DNA from: a virus | Taxonomy: Duplodnaviria; Caudoviricetes | Reading direction: 5' to 3' (one strand) | DNA length: 24,415 nt | IMG/VR virus record: IMGVR_UViG_3300011338_000116 | Location: 1-24,415 of that record | Shown: positions 7,501 through 15,184 of the stretch, in pieces | How the letters are laid out: every line of letters starts with the position of its first letter | Position numbering within the stretch: position 1 is the first letter of the stretch | The notes under the pieces: generated by a model | What the model saw: only the letters and a program-made list of their open reading frames with translations | Told to the model about the DNA's origin: nothing | Database searches by the model: none | Made by a program: the position numbers and the translations under genes

Positions 7501-7521
7501 CTAAATCGTAGGTGTTTACCC

Positions 7522-8745
7522 TTAGATGATCTGATTCACGATGTTTTGCTTCTTGAGCACCTTGGCCAGCACATTGTGGTCGAGTGATGCCCTAATGGTC
7601 AGCAGGTAGATCACCGGCTTGACCCCTGACTTGTTGATGTTCTCCACCCTGCTGGATGCCTGCTCCAGCGCAGAGGTTGACCAGGTGCACTCAACAAAGA
7701 CAATCGTGTCAGCGGCACTCAGGTCAACACCTTCACTCATGGCAGCGATATTGCCCACGATCACCTTAATCTGGCCGGATTGAAATGCGGCAATGTTCTC
7801 TGTGCGCTTGGCACTTGGCGTGTCGCCCACCACCACCACCGGCTTGTGGTCTTTGAGTTCTTCCACCAGCCCATGCACGACATCCTTGTGATGCGCGAAC
7901 ACCACGATTGGCTCACCGGATTGCAGCAAGTCGCTGATGAATTCGGATGCCGCCTTGATCTTGCGCATGCCTGCCTCTTTCATAACTTCGGCCAAGCCCT
8001 CAAAGGCCATCAGGGCGTTTGGATTGGCCACCAAGGCATCGGCATCAAACTGCTGCTCACGCTTGTCTATGGGCAGATCAAAGGTCACCAGACTGACCTG
8101 TGGCTGCTTGTAGTCCATGAAGATGTCCTCCTTCTTCCTGCGCAGGACATGAGGCCGCATCAGGGCCTTGAGTTCGGGAATGTTGGACGCACCAGAGACA
8201 TCCATGCCCCAAGGTGCAGACCACATCTTGGCGTACCGCGCCGCAAAGTCAAACCAGCCGCCTCGATAGATGCCCAGCCCATGAAGGATTGGCCAGAGTT
8301 CGATGGGCCGATTGGGGATGGGTGTGCCACTGAGCGCATAGACCCTGTCGATCTTTTTCATCATCAGCATGGCCGCCTTGGGGCGGATAGCCTTGTTGTT
8401 TTTGAGCCTGTGGCACTCGTCAAACACCACAGTTTTAATTCCTGTAAAAGCCGTGACACTGCTCAGGATGTCGTAGTTAACGATGGTCACGCCGGAGCAA
8501 ATAATCTCTGCCGCCTGCTTCTTTCCATTGATGACCCGCACTGGCACTGACGGGTCGAGCTTGTTGAATGCCGCCTCCCAGACAGTCTTGGCAATGGCTG
8601 GGCAGACAATGATGGCCGGCAGGTGTTGCAGTGCCGCCGCAGCCGCCGGCAGGGTCTTGCCCACGCGGGGCTGGTCGGCAAGGATGCAGCGCCTGTTGGC
8701 CAGCAGGAATTGCTTGGCCTCTTCTTGGTGTGGAAATAAAGTCAT
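7522..8745 (-). CDS. SNF2-family (SF2) helicase
   Basis: LFPHQ, LADQPRVGKT, VNYD, FDECH, LSGTPIPNRPIELW, LRRKK, VVFAHH, EGVDL and QASSRV motifs; likely start ATG 8745. Confidence 0.92.
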   Translation of the reverse strand: MTLFPHQEEAKQFLLANRRCILADQPRVGKTLPAAAAALQHLPAIIVCPAIAKTVWEAAFNKLDPSVPVRVINGKKQAAEIICSGVTIVNYDILSSVTAFTGIKTVVFDECHRLKNNKAIRPKAAMLMMKKIDRVYALSGTPIPNRPIELWPILHGLGIYRGGWFDFAARYAKMWSAPWGMDVSGASNIPELKALMRPHVLRRKKEDIFMDYKQPQVSLVTFDLPIDKREQQFDADALVANPNALMAFEGLAEVMKEAGMRKIKAASEFISDLLQSGEPIVVFAHHKDVVHGLVEELKDHKPVVVVGDTPSAKRTENIAAFQSGQIKVIVGNIAAMSEGVDLSAADTIVFVECTWSTSALEQASSRVENINKSGVKPVIYLLTIRASLDHNVLAKVLKKQNIVNQII

Positions 8746-8845
8746 GTCCTGAGTCTCGCACAAAAAACTTTTTAGAACAACAAATAATTGATATACAATG
8801 CAACTGCCGCATGTCGCGGCTTAAACGCTAAACAGGAAAAACGCT

Positions 8846-9409
8846 ATGACTACACGGGTTGTTACCGGCAAATGCCGCTTTGTTTATTGCTCAGTGATGA
8901 GCGCACGCAAGAATGAGATGAACGGCAAGGATGAGTTCAGCACGCAAGTGCTTGTCCCCAAGGCCGACACCGAGACAGTGGGGGCGCTGAAGGCTGCCGC
9001 CAAAGAGGCTCTGATGGCCAAGTTTGGAGACAAGATCCCCAAGAATGTGCGCAACCCCTTGCGTGATGGAGACACTGAAACCAAGGCCGATGGTGCGCCA
9101 CTGGGCAAAGAGTACGCCGGCCACTTCTTCTTCAACACCAAGAGCACGAATAAGCCTGGGGCTGTTGACGCCAATGGCCAAGACCTGCTTGGCAGCAATG
9201 ACATCGTCAGTGGTGACTATGGTCGGGTGTCTTTGAATGCCTATGCCTACAGCCAAGCCGGCAACAATGGCGTGTCGTTTGGCCTGAACAACATCATGCT
9301 GGTGGCCAAGGGTGAGCCTCTGGGCGGTGCGCGGCCAAGTGCTGCATCAGACTTTGGCATCAGCAAGTCAGCCGCGCCTGCTGCTCCTGAGTCTGACGAT
9401 AACTGGTAA
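8846..9409 (+). CDS. ssb: DUF2815 single-stranded DNA-binding protein
   Basis: NPLRDGD, SGDYGRVSLNAYAY, GNNGVSFGLNNI and GEPLGG motifs; acidic C-terminal tail ending in an aromatic residue (ESDDNW). Confidence 0.92.
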   Translation: MTTRVVTGKCRFVYCSVMSARKNEMNGKDEFSTQVLVPKADTETVGALKAAAKEALMAKFGDKIPKNVRNPLRDGDTETKADGAPLGKEYAGHFFFNTKSTNKPGAVDANGQDLLGSNDIVSGDYGRVSLNAYAYSQAGNNGVSFGLNNIMLVAKGEPLGGARPSAASDFGISKSAAPAAPESDDNW

Positions 9410-9415
9410 AAAATC

Positions 9416-9476
9416 GGGGGGAAAGCGGATGCTGTGGCGTGCAGTGAAATGAAACACAGACGCAGCGAGTACCCCC
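9416..9476 (+). ncRNA. Candidate structured RNA element with a loop-E motif
   Basis: GGGGG/CCCCC closing stem, GAA opposite AGTA, and a CTGTG/CACAG inner stem; fills the ssb-RHH intergenic gap. Confidence 0.5.
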
Positions 9477-9492
9477 ACCTTTTGAGGATCAC

Positions 9493-9684
9493 ATGAAATA
9501 CATTGCAGCCCACATTCCTGATGAGACTATGACCAAGCTGTCAGCAGTGGCCAGCGGCCTCAAGATGTCGCGGTCTGCTTTGATTCGGCTGGCGCTGGAG
9601 TCTTATCTTGACCGGCCACATCGCCTTGTGAAAGCCGATCAAGCGCAGCAGCCAGCGCCTTCACAGATGACCACAGAGGGCTGA
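9493..9684 (+). CDS. CopG-like ribbon-helix-helix regulator
   Basis: YIAAHIPDETMTKLSAVASGLKMSRSALIRLALESYL fits the RHH pattern; SD GAGG. Confidence 0.8.
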   Translation: MKYIAAHIPDETMTKLSAVASGLKMSRSALIRLALESYLDRPHRLVKADQAQQPAPSQMTTEG

Positions 9685-9802
9685 CAGAGCCAGACATCCA
9701 TCTGGACACCTGTGGCTGCTGGATGCCAGCCTCGCGGCATACGGCATTCATCCTGATCCCGCTGGCCTTGGCCCTGTCTCTGATGTCTTGAACTGATTCC
9801 AT
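9560..9802 (-). CDS. Cro/CI-type (XRE) HTH regulator
   Basis: GIRMNAVCREAGIQQPQVSRWMSGSVSP HTH; divergent from the early operon. Confidence 0.85.
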   Translation of the reverse strand: MESVQDIRDRAKASGIRMNAVCREAGIQQPQVSRWMSGSVSPLWSSVKALAAALDRLSQGDVAGQDKTPAPAESKQTATS

Positions 9803-9897
9803 AGGTGTATTTTAATCGAATAATTAAAATTATTGACTACTATGCAAGTTTCTTTATTTGGCGTAAACTTCGTCACACATTAACTCAAGGGGACAAC

Positions 9898-10002
9898 ATG
9901 AACAAATTAAGCAATCGCGCCGATGCAGCGCTGGACTACCTGCTGTGCTTGGTGATCGGCTGCGGCTTGGCTGCGGCACTGGTGGCGTGGTGGTCAGCAT
10001 GA
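9898..10002 (+). CDS. 34-aa single-transmembrane protein
   Basis: SD AAGGGG before ATG 9898; MNKLSNRADAALDYLLCLVIGCGLAAALVAWWSA; coupled to the next ORF. Confidence 0.65.
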   Translation: MNKLSNRADAALDYLLCLVIGCGLAAALVAWWSA

Positions 10003-10160
10003 ATAAGACACCACCACCATCACTGAACAAAACGCTCGGGGCGTATGTCCCTCTTGAACTCAAACCCTTCACCGGCAGACCTGGTGCTATGGACGCATTC
10101 AAGCTGCCGTCCTTGATCGCCAATGTGCAGGTCTTCAGGAAAGATGCAGAAAAGCTATGA
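9999..10160 (+). CDS. Small conserved phage protein ('RPGAMDAFKLPS' motif)
   Basis: ATGA coupling at 9999; motif recalled from betaproteobacterial phage early genes. Confidence 0.7.
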   Translation: MNKTPPPSLNKTLGAYVPLELKPFTGRPGAMDAFKLPSLIANVQVFRKDAEKL

Positions 10161-10345
10161 GTGAGCCAGTTTTAGAGCCAGCGCTTGAGGCGGCCATCGA
10201 ACTGATGGATGATCTGCTGTCGCCAGAGGTCTACGGCCATGCAATCCCCAAGGATGCCCACACTCGAGCCTTTGTGGTGCGTGCCATGCTGCGCCGTGAG
10301 GACACCCGCCGGATGCAAGATGCGCGGATTAAAGCCGGTCTATAG
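10157..10345 (+). CDS. Hypothetical protein (62 aa)
   Basis: ATGA coupling; LLSPEVYGHAIP motif. Confidence 0.65.
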   Translation: MSEPVLEPALEAAIELMDDLLSPEVYGHAIPKDAHTRAFVVRAMLRREDTRRMQDARIKAGL

Positions 10346-10700
10346 AGCCGCCCTCGTCCGGCTGCTGAGCATTGGCCCGTTGAGCGTGGCCGAGATAGCC
10401 TTGCGCCTGCCATGCTGCCTGACCACTGCCTACGACAATGTGCGCGCATTACGCAAGGCTGGCGTGGTGCGGGTGCATGGGTATGAGAAGTCCGGCAACA
10501 TGACCACAGCACTGATGACTCTGGGCAGTGAGCCGGATGCGAGAAGGCCGCAGTCCTTCACGGCAGCGGAGCGCATGCGCAAAAAGCGCCACAACATGAG
10601 CGCGGATGACAAAGACTTTTTAAATGCACGCCGCCGTCAGAGGAATCGAAAGATCAAGATCGACCCGCTGACGGCTGCGTTTTTTGGGGGGATGAGATGA
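10320..10700 (+). CDS. Winged-helix DNA-binding protein
   Basis: GPLSVAEIALRL..LTTAYDNVRALRKAGVVRV wHTH pattern, basic C-terminus and DPLTAAFFG end; start reassigned to ATG 10320. Confidence 0.75.
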   Translation: MRGLKPVYRAALVRLLSIGPLSVAEIALRLPCCLTTAYDNVRALRKAGVVRVHGYEKSGNMTTALMTLGSEPDARRPQSFTAAERMRKKRHNMSADDKDFLNARRRQRNRKIKIDPLTAAFFGGMR

Positions 10701-10930
10701 CTGTTGAATATTTTTCTAAATTAACGAATGCGCAGCTTGATGTTTACTATTCAAAACATTCAGCAGCAATACCATTGCCATTCTCGGGTATCAAAAACAA
10801 AAATTACAAAGTTATTGATAATTGTCTTCATAGCTACCAAGCAGCCCAACAGGAACAACCGCGGGTAACCCCTTCGGGCCAAACTCCTGAAGATATTTCA
10901 AAAAGCCTTGATACCCCTGGCGGCCAATGA
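10697..10930 (+). CDS. AT-rich hypothetical protein overlapping the 3' end of the convergent gene
   Basis: ATGA coupling and a G-rich SD, but 119 nt of antisense overlap with 10812..13319. Confidence 0.4.
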   Translation: MTVEYFSKLTNAQLDVYYSKHSAAIPLPFSGIKNKNYKVIDNCLHSYQAAQQEQPRVTPSGQTPEDISKSLDTPGGQ

Positions 10931-13319
10931 TGTCTCTCATTTTCATTACATCAGCCCTTGGAGACATTTTGTTTTGCTCCAAAAACTGTTTCATAAATTC
11001 AGTTTGCTGCGCGTTAACTTGCGGCACTCCAGCCGAGTCCAGGCGCTGCGCAAAATTCTGAATGTCAGGCCGTGTCAACTGGCCTTGCAAGTACTGGGCT
11101 ACTTGGCCACTTCCCTCTGCACCCCAAGGTGGCGTTTGAAGATTTGACTCAAACCGGCCAGCAAATAATTGCCCGTCTTGAATATTTGCTTTAGCTTTTT
11201 TGACTGCTTCTTGAATTTCTTTTCCATTCAAAGACCCGTCATATTTTCCAGCGTGCAAAGCACCTCCAACATCAACAACATCCAAGCCTTGCGCCTCCAG
11301 GGCAGATTTTGCCTTGGCTATTTGTTTTGGCAACTGGCTTGCGTCTTGACTTCCCGTCAACATAGGCTGAAACCTTACGCCAGTTTTTTCAACTGCTTTC
11401 ATGCTTGAATTTGCAGGGGTAAATTTGTTCCAGCCGACCCCCTCTTGCAAGTCCATAACAGCGCGAACAGCAGAAGTCGCATCAAGCAAACCGCGCCCAG
11501 GCTTGTCCAACATAGGGCCGCCGCGGGTAAGTTTCCCTGTTGATGTTTTTAGTTCTGATCCAATTAGGCCAACTAACGGCTGGGCCACAAATGCTGGGTT
11601 CCGCTCAACCACACCAGCGCTATTAAGATATTCGCCCATGACCGATTTCACCGGCAACTGGTACGCCTGCAGCGCCCCAATGTACGGATCACGCGCACCC
11701 ATCGGGGCTTGCATTCCTTGTGAATAAGCAAGCCTCACATTTTCTTCAGCCGTGTTGAGTCCTGGCATGACATTTTCACCAGGGATATATTCATAGGTTT
11801 GTGAGGCAATTTGTCTTTGCATTGCGTCATCAATGCCAGCCCTAGCTCTTGCGCGAATAGACTCGTCAGACTCTTTTCCGATATTTTTTAAAGATGGTTT
11901 TTGAGGTCTTTCGCCTTTGCCTGTTTGCTCCCACTTAGCCAACTGCTTTTCATATTTGGCGGATGACTTTGTAAACCTGTTTATCTCAGCATCTCTGGCG
12001 GCCTTGTATGAAATCTCTCGTTCAGCACCCCATGTAGCTGCTTGCGCTGCCCTTGGGTCAAAAATAAAGTCAGGTGATGTATCTGGAACATCTAATTTCC
12101 CAGCCAGCCTTTTTTGTTCTGCCCTGTCAGCAAGCAACAAATTTTCACCCGTTAAAAAACCATGCTCTTGCGGAGTAAAGCCCCGACTAAATGTTGTTCC
12201 ACCTGGGTCGCTGTAGCCCATGACTCGGCCATGCCATATGTCGCTTGCAGTTTTGTATAAATCCGTTGAAGGAATTGTTGGGTCTTTTGCGTCAGCATAC
12301 GGCCCTGTTTTTTTACCCAAACGAATTGCTTGAGGATCTAAAACATACATTCCTGTGGCTGGATCAATGTTGTACGCTTTGGCAACATTTCTTGCCTGTG
12401 AGCCTGTTCTTGGAATAATTTGCTCACCACCAATAACCTGCGCATTGTGTTGACGAATAAAAGAATTCATCTCTGTTGGTGGAGTTGCTTGTGGGCTGTA
12501 TGCCGCGCCTCCCCTAGCAAACAAAGACGCCATATTTGTATCTGCTACTGTCGGCATAGCGGGGTTGTACCCAGTCGCGTCTGCCGCGGCCTGTCTTGCT
12601 CTGTCGTACCACGATGCATTAAAAGCGCCGGCCTCAACTTTCTCATCTGCCTTTCTTCGCATATTTGACAATGCGCCAGGGCTGTCCACAGTCAAGCCAA
12701 CTGGGCCGGTTGACCTGGGGCCGCCAATGTACTGGCCTGACGGATCTTGTTTTAAATGAGCGCCCTTTTGGGCCAGCTTCATTGCTTCGTTGTAGTCAGT
12801 GACATTGTCAAAAACAGTTGCAACAGATCCCTTTTTTACATTTCTTGCAGATGCTTGAGACACTTTTGGCGGAACAGCATTAAGCATCAAGCCTTGCTGC
12901 TGCAAAAAGTTTTCAGCCATGTTGGCCGCGGTTGGGCCAAGTGCTTGAGCACCCGCACCCATCGCCCTGACTGCTGGGGCGGGGTTTAGCGGGACAAATG
13001 ATCCCGCTTGACCGGCCACTTCGCCAGCCCTTGATGTTGGAGCTAGTGGCAGAGTTTTAAGGAAACGCTCTGTGTCGGGGTACTTGTACTGTTCTTGGCC
13101 TGATAAGCCTTGCATGGCCAACTGTGCAACTCTGGCTGGCGTAAATGCAATGGGCTGGTTAACGACATCACCAAAAATTCCAAGCAGCCCAGCCAGCCGT
13201 CCTCGCAGCACATCCAATGGCAAGTTTGCTGCATCTTGTGGGTTGCCGTAATTGCCTCTGAAGGCGTTGGGGTAGATGCCAAACGCAGCGCGGTTTTCTT
13301 CATCATCAAGCAAAGCCAT
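10812..13319 (-). CDS. Large probable virion-ejected protein with a putative HhH-glycosylase-like domain
   Basis: Last gene of the ejection cluster; GLLG motifs at both ends; central motif series WY...AAYSP...N...GKK..PY...DIWHGR..GY...P..AQAATW. Confidence 0.7.
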   Translation of the reverse strand: MALLDDEENRAAFGIYPNAFRGNYGNPQDAANLPLDVLRGRLAGLLGIFGDVVNQPIAFTPARVAQLAMQGLSGQEQYKYPDTERFLKTLPLAPTSRAGEVAGQAGSFVPLNPAPAVRAMGAGAQALGPTAANMAENFLQQQGLMLNAVPPKVSQASARNVKKGSVATVFDNVTDYNEAMKLAQKGAHLKQDPSGQYIGGPRSTGPVGLTVDSPGALSNMRRKADEKVEAGAFNASWYDRARQAAADATGYNPAMPTVADTNMASLFARGGAAYSPQATPPTEMNSFIRQHNAQVIGGEQIIPRTGSQARNVAKAYNIDPATGMYVLDPQAIRLGKKTGPYADAKDPTIPSTDLYKTASDIWHGRVMGYSDPGGTTFSRGFTPQEHGFLTGENLLLADRAEQKRLAGKLDVPDTSPDFIFDPRAAQAATWGAEREISYKAARDAEINRFTKSSAKYEKQLAKWEQTGKGERPQKPSLKNIGKESDESIRARARAGIDDAMQRQIASQTYEYIPGENVMPGLNTAEENVRLAYSQGMQAPMGARDPYIGALQAYQLPVKSVMGEYLNSAGVVERNPAFVAQPLVGLIGSELKTSTGKLTRGGPMLDKPGRGLLDATSAVRAVMDLQEGVGWNKFTPANSSMKAVEKTGVRFQPMLTGSQDASQLPKQIAKAKSALEAQGLDVVDVGGALHAGKYDGSLNGKEIQEAVKKAKANIQDGQLFAGRFESNLQTPPWGAEGSGQVAQYLQGQLTRPDIQNFAQRLDSAGVPQVNAQQTEFMKQFLEQNKMSPRADVMKMRDIIGRQGYQGFLKYLQEFGPKGLPAVVPVGLLGSYEDNYQ

Positions 13320-13324
13320 GTCAG

Positions 13325-15178
13325 TTACTCCGGTGTTGCGCCAATGATAGATCCGTAGCCAAGTTCCTCGGCCTTCTTGCGCAATGACTTGGCCAGTGGC
13401 TCGACCTTCATCATGTTTGCCTTGCTCATCATTGATGCGGCCAATTGCGGGTCAAGCATAGCCTCAACCAAAAGACGCTGCACCTGCTGGTCGGGCAGCT
13501 TGTAGAGCCAATCCAGTGGTCGGGTCATGGTGCGCAGCGTGGTGTTGTCGGCCATAGACTCGCTGAACACTCGGCCAATCAAATTGCCCATGCTCAGATT
13601 CTGGAAGGTGTTGGAGCCTGGTGCGCGAACACCTGGCGCTGTCGCCGCTTGGCCTCGGTTGATCTCGTTGATGATGTTGTCAATATTTCTCTGTGCAGCC
13701 GGTGACAGATCAGTGCCAAGCTCCTCACGCTTGGCCGCCAACTGCCTGCGCAGTGCAGCCGCCGCCAGCACAGGCTCACCCGTCATTATGTTGGGCTGGC
13801 CTGTCGTGACCTTGCTCTGGATCGCTTGCAGCAACTCCATCTGATCAATCGGCTTTGATGACTTGGCAAACTGCTCCATGTACTTGCTAAAACCTGGCGC
13901 ACCGGACTCAATAGTCCGATCAATGACGGGCAGCAAGTCGGCCAACTGGCCACGCGCCAAGCGCAGGTTGGCCAAGTCGCCGGACAGCTTGCCGGCCATC
14001 GCATCGGTGATGTCCTTGCGCACGCTGTACAGCGCCATAGGGTTGATCGTGCCTGTCTTAGGGTCTACGCGCTTGACCAGCAGGTCGGCCACATACTTCA
14101 TGGCTTGGTCAACTGTCTGGCGCTGAGTCGCTGGGTTGCTGGTAATGCCCTGAATCGCTGCGGCCACTGGCTCCACTGATACAGGTGGAGCGTTCAAGAA
14201 TGCCTGCTCACGCATTGGCGCTGTGATGCTGGCTCGCTTGGCCTCAGCGTAGGGGATAGAGCCAGGTCGGCCAGCAGTGCGCTGGAATGCATCCATCAAT
14301 GCCTGCTGGTTGGCTGACAGTCTGGCTCCGAACAGGTTGGAAGGGTCAAATGTCGCAGACCGCAGTGGCGACTCAAGACCGGCCAGACCAGGATCACGCG
14401 CACCAGCGGCAGTGGTCAGTTGCACACCTGGAACTGTTGGCCTTGCGGCCTGCAAGTTGGCAATGGCTCGTTCTGGATCTGTTGCGACATTGCGCAGCAC
14501 ATTGCCCACCATGACCTCGCGGCCCTGCTGAGTGAAAGGCTGCACCAGCGCCTTGGGGACATTCATTGCACGCTGGGTGGCCGGCAGGCTTGGGCCACCA
14601 GGTGCGGCCATTCCGGCCAGCATAGCCCCGCCAAGCTGGAGCGCTGGCGGTGCGCCACCCCCGCGCAAAGCACCAGCGGCAGTGGATGCCGTCAATGCTG
14701 CTGCCGTCTGAGCCTGTGGGCTTTGGGCAAAGAACTGCGCGACATTGCGGCCCATCTCAGGCAGCATAGGCGCGACTTGTCCCGCAGCCCTGGCCACGCC
14801 AGCCGTGCCGTAGCCAGCGCTGGCAATGTCTTGGACTACACGTTCCTGCGCTGTCCTTGGCTCTGGGAAACCCATGCGTCTGAGGTTGGTTTCTGTGGCC
14901 CGTGTCATGGTCGGGGCATTCGTGCCGGCGGCCAAGTTAAACAAATTCACCAAAGGATCGACAACCATCGGCAGCAACCCGCCGACAGTCATGGCAGCTT
15001 GCGCCATCGGGCGCACAGCCAAGCCGGCCTCGCGGCCAAGTGTGCTTGGGGCTTGCGCTCCAGCAATCTGCTTTAACTGGTCGGGTGGCGTGCTGTTGAC
15101 AAATGCAGCGATCTGCTCATCTGTCGCTTCCGATGGAAACTCAAGAGTTCCGATGCCTTCGATGTTGATTTTTTTCAT
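13325..15178 (-). CDS. Probable DNA ejection/internal virion protein (Ala-rich, helical)
   Basis: Position after the podoviral tail genes; composition; N-terminal EFPSEATDEQI-type module. Confidence 0.7.
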   Translation of the reverse strand: MKKINIEGIGTLEFPSEATDEQIAAFVNSTPPDQLKQIAGAQAPSTLGREAGLAVRPMAQAAMTVGGLLPMVVDPLVNLFNLAAGTNAPTMTRATETNLRRMGFPEPRTAQERVVQDIASAGYGTAGVARAAGQVAPMLPEMGRNVAQFFAQSPQAQTAAALTASTAAGALRGGGAPPALQLGGAMLAGMAAPGGPSLPATQRAMNVPKALVQPFTQQGREVMVGNVLRNVATDPERAIANLQAARPTVPGVQLTTAAGARDPGLAGLESPLRSATFDPSNLFGARLSANQQALMDAFQRTAGRPGSIPYAEAKRASITAPMREQAFLNAPPVSVEPVAAAIQGITSNPATQRQTVDQAMKYVADLLVKRVDPKTGTINPMALYSVRKDITDAMAGKLSGDLANLRLARGQLADLLPVIDRTIESGAPGFSKYMEQFAKSSKPIDQMELLQAIQSKVTTGQPNIMTGEPVLAAAALRRQLAAKREELGTDLSPAAQRNIDNIINEINRGQAATAPGVRAPGSNTFQNLSMGNLIGRVFSESMADNTTLRTMTRPLDWLYKLPDQQVQRLLVEAMLDPQLAASMMSKANMMKVEPLAKSLRKKAEELGYGSIIGATPE

Positions 15179-15184
15179 ACGGCC

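Noticed and set aside
7780-8550. 256-aa plus-strand ORF
   Set aside because: Antisense shadow of the SNF2 helicase with no recognisable motifs.
14420-15076. 218-aa plus-strand ORF and similar antisense ORFs across the structural region
   Set aside because: Shadow frames of GC-rich minus-strand genes with implausible composition.
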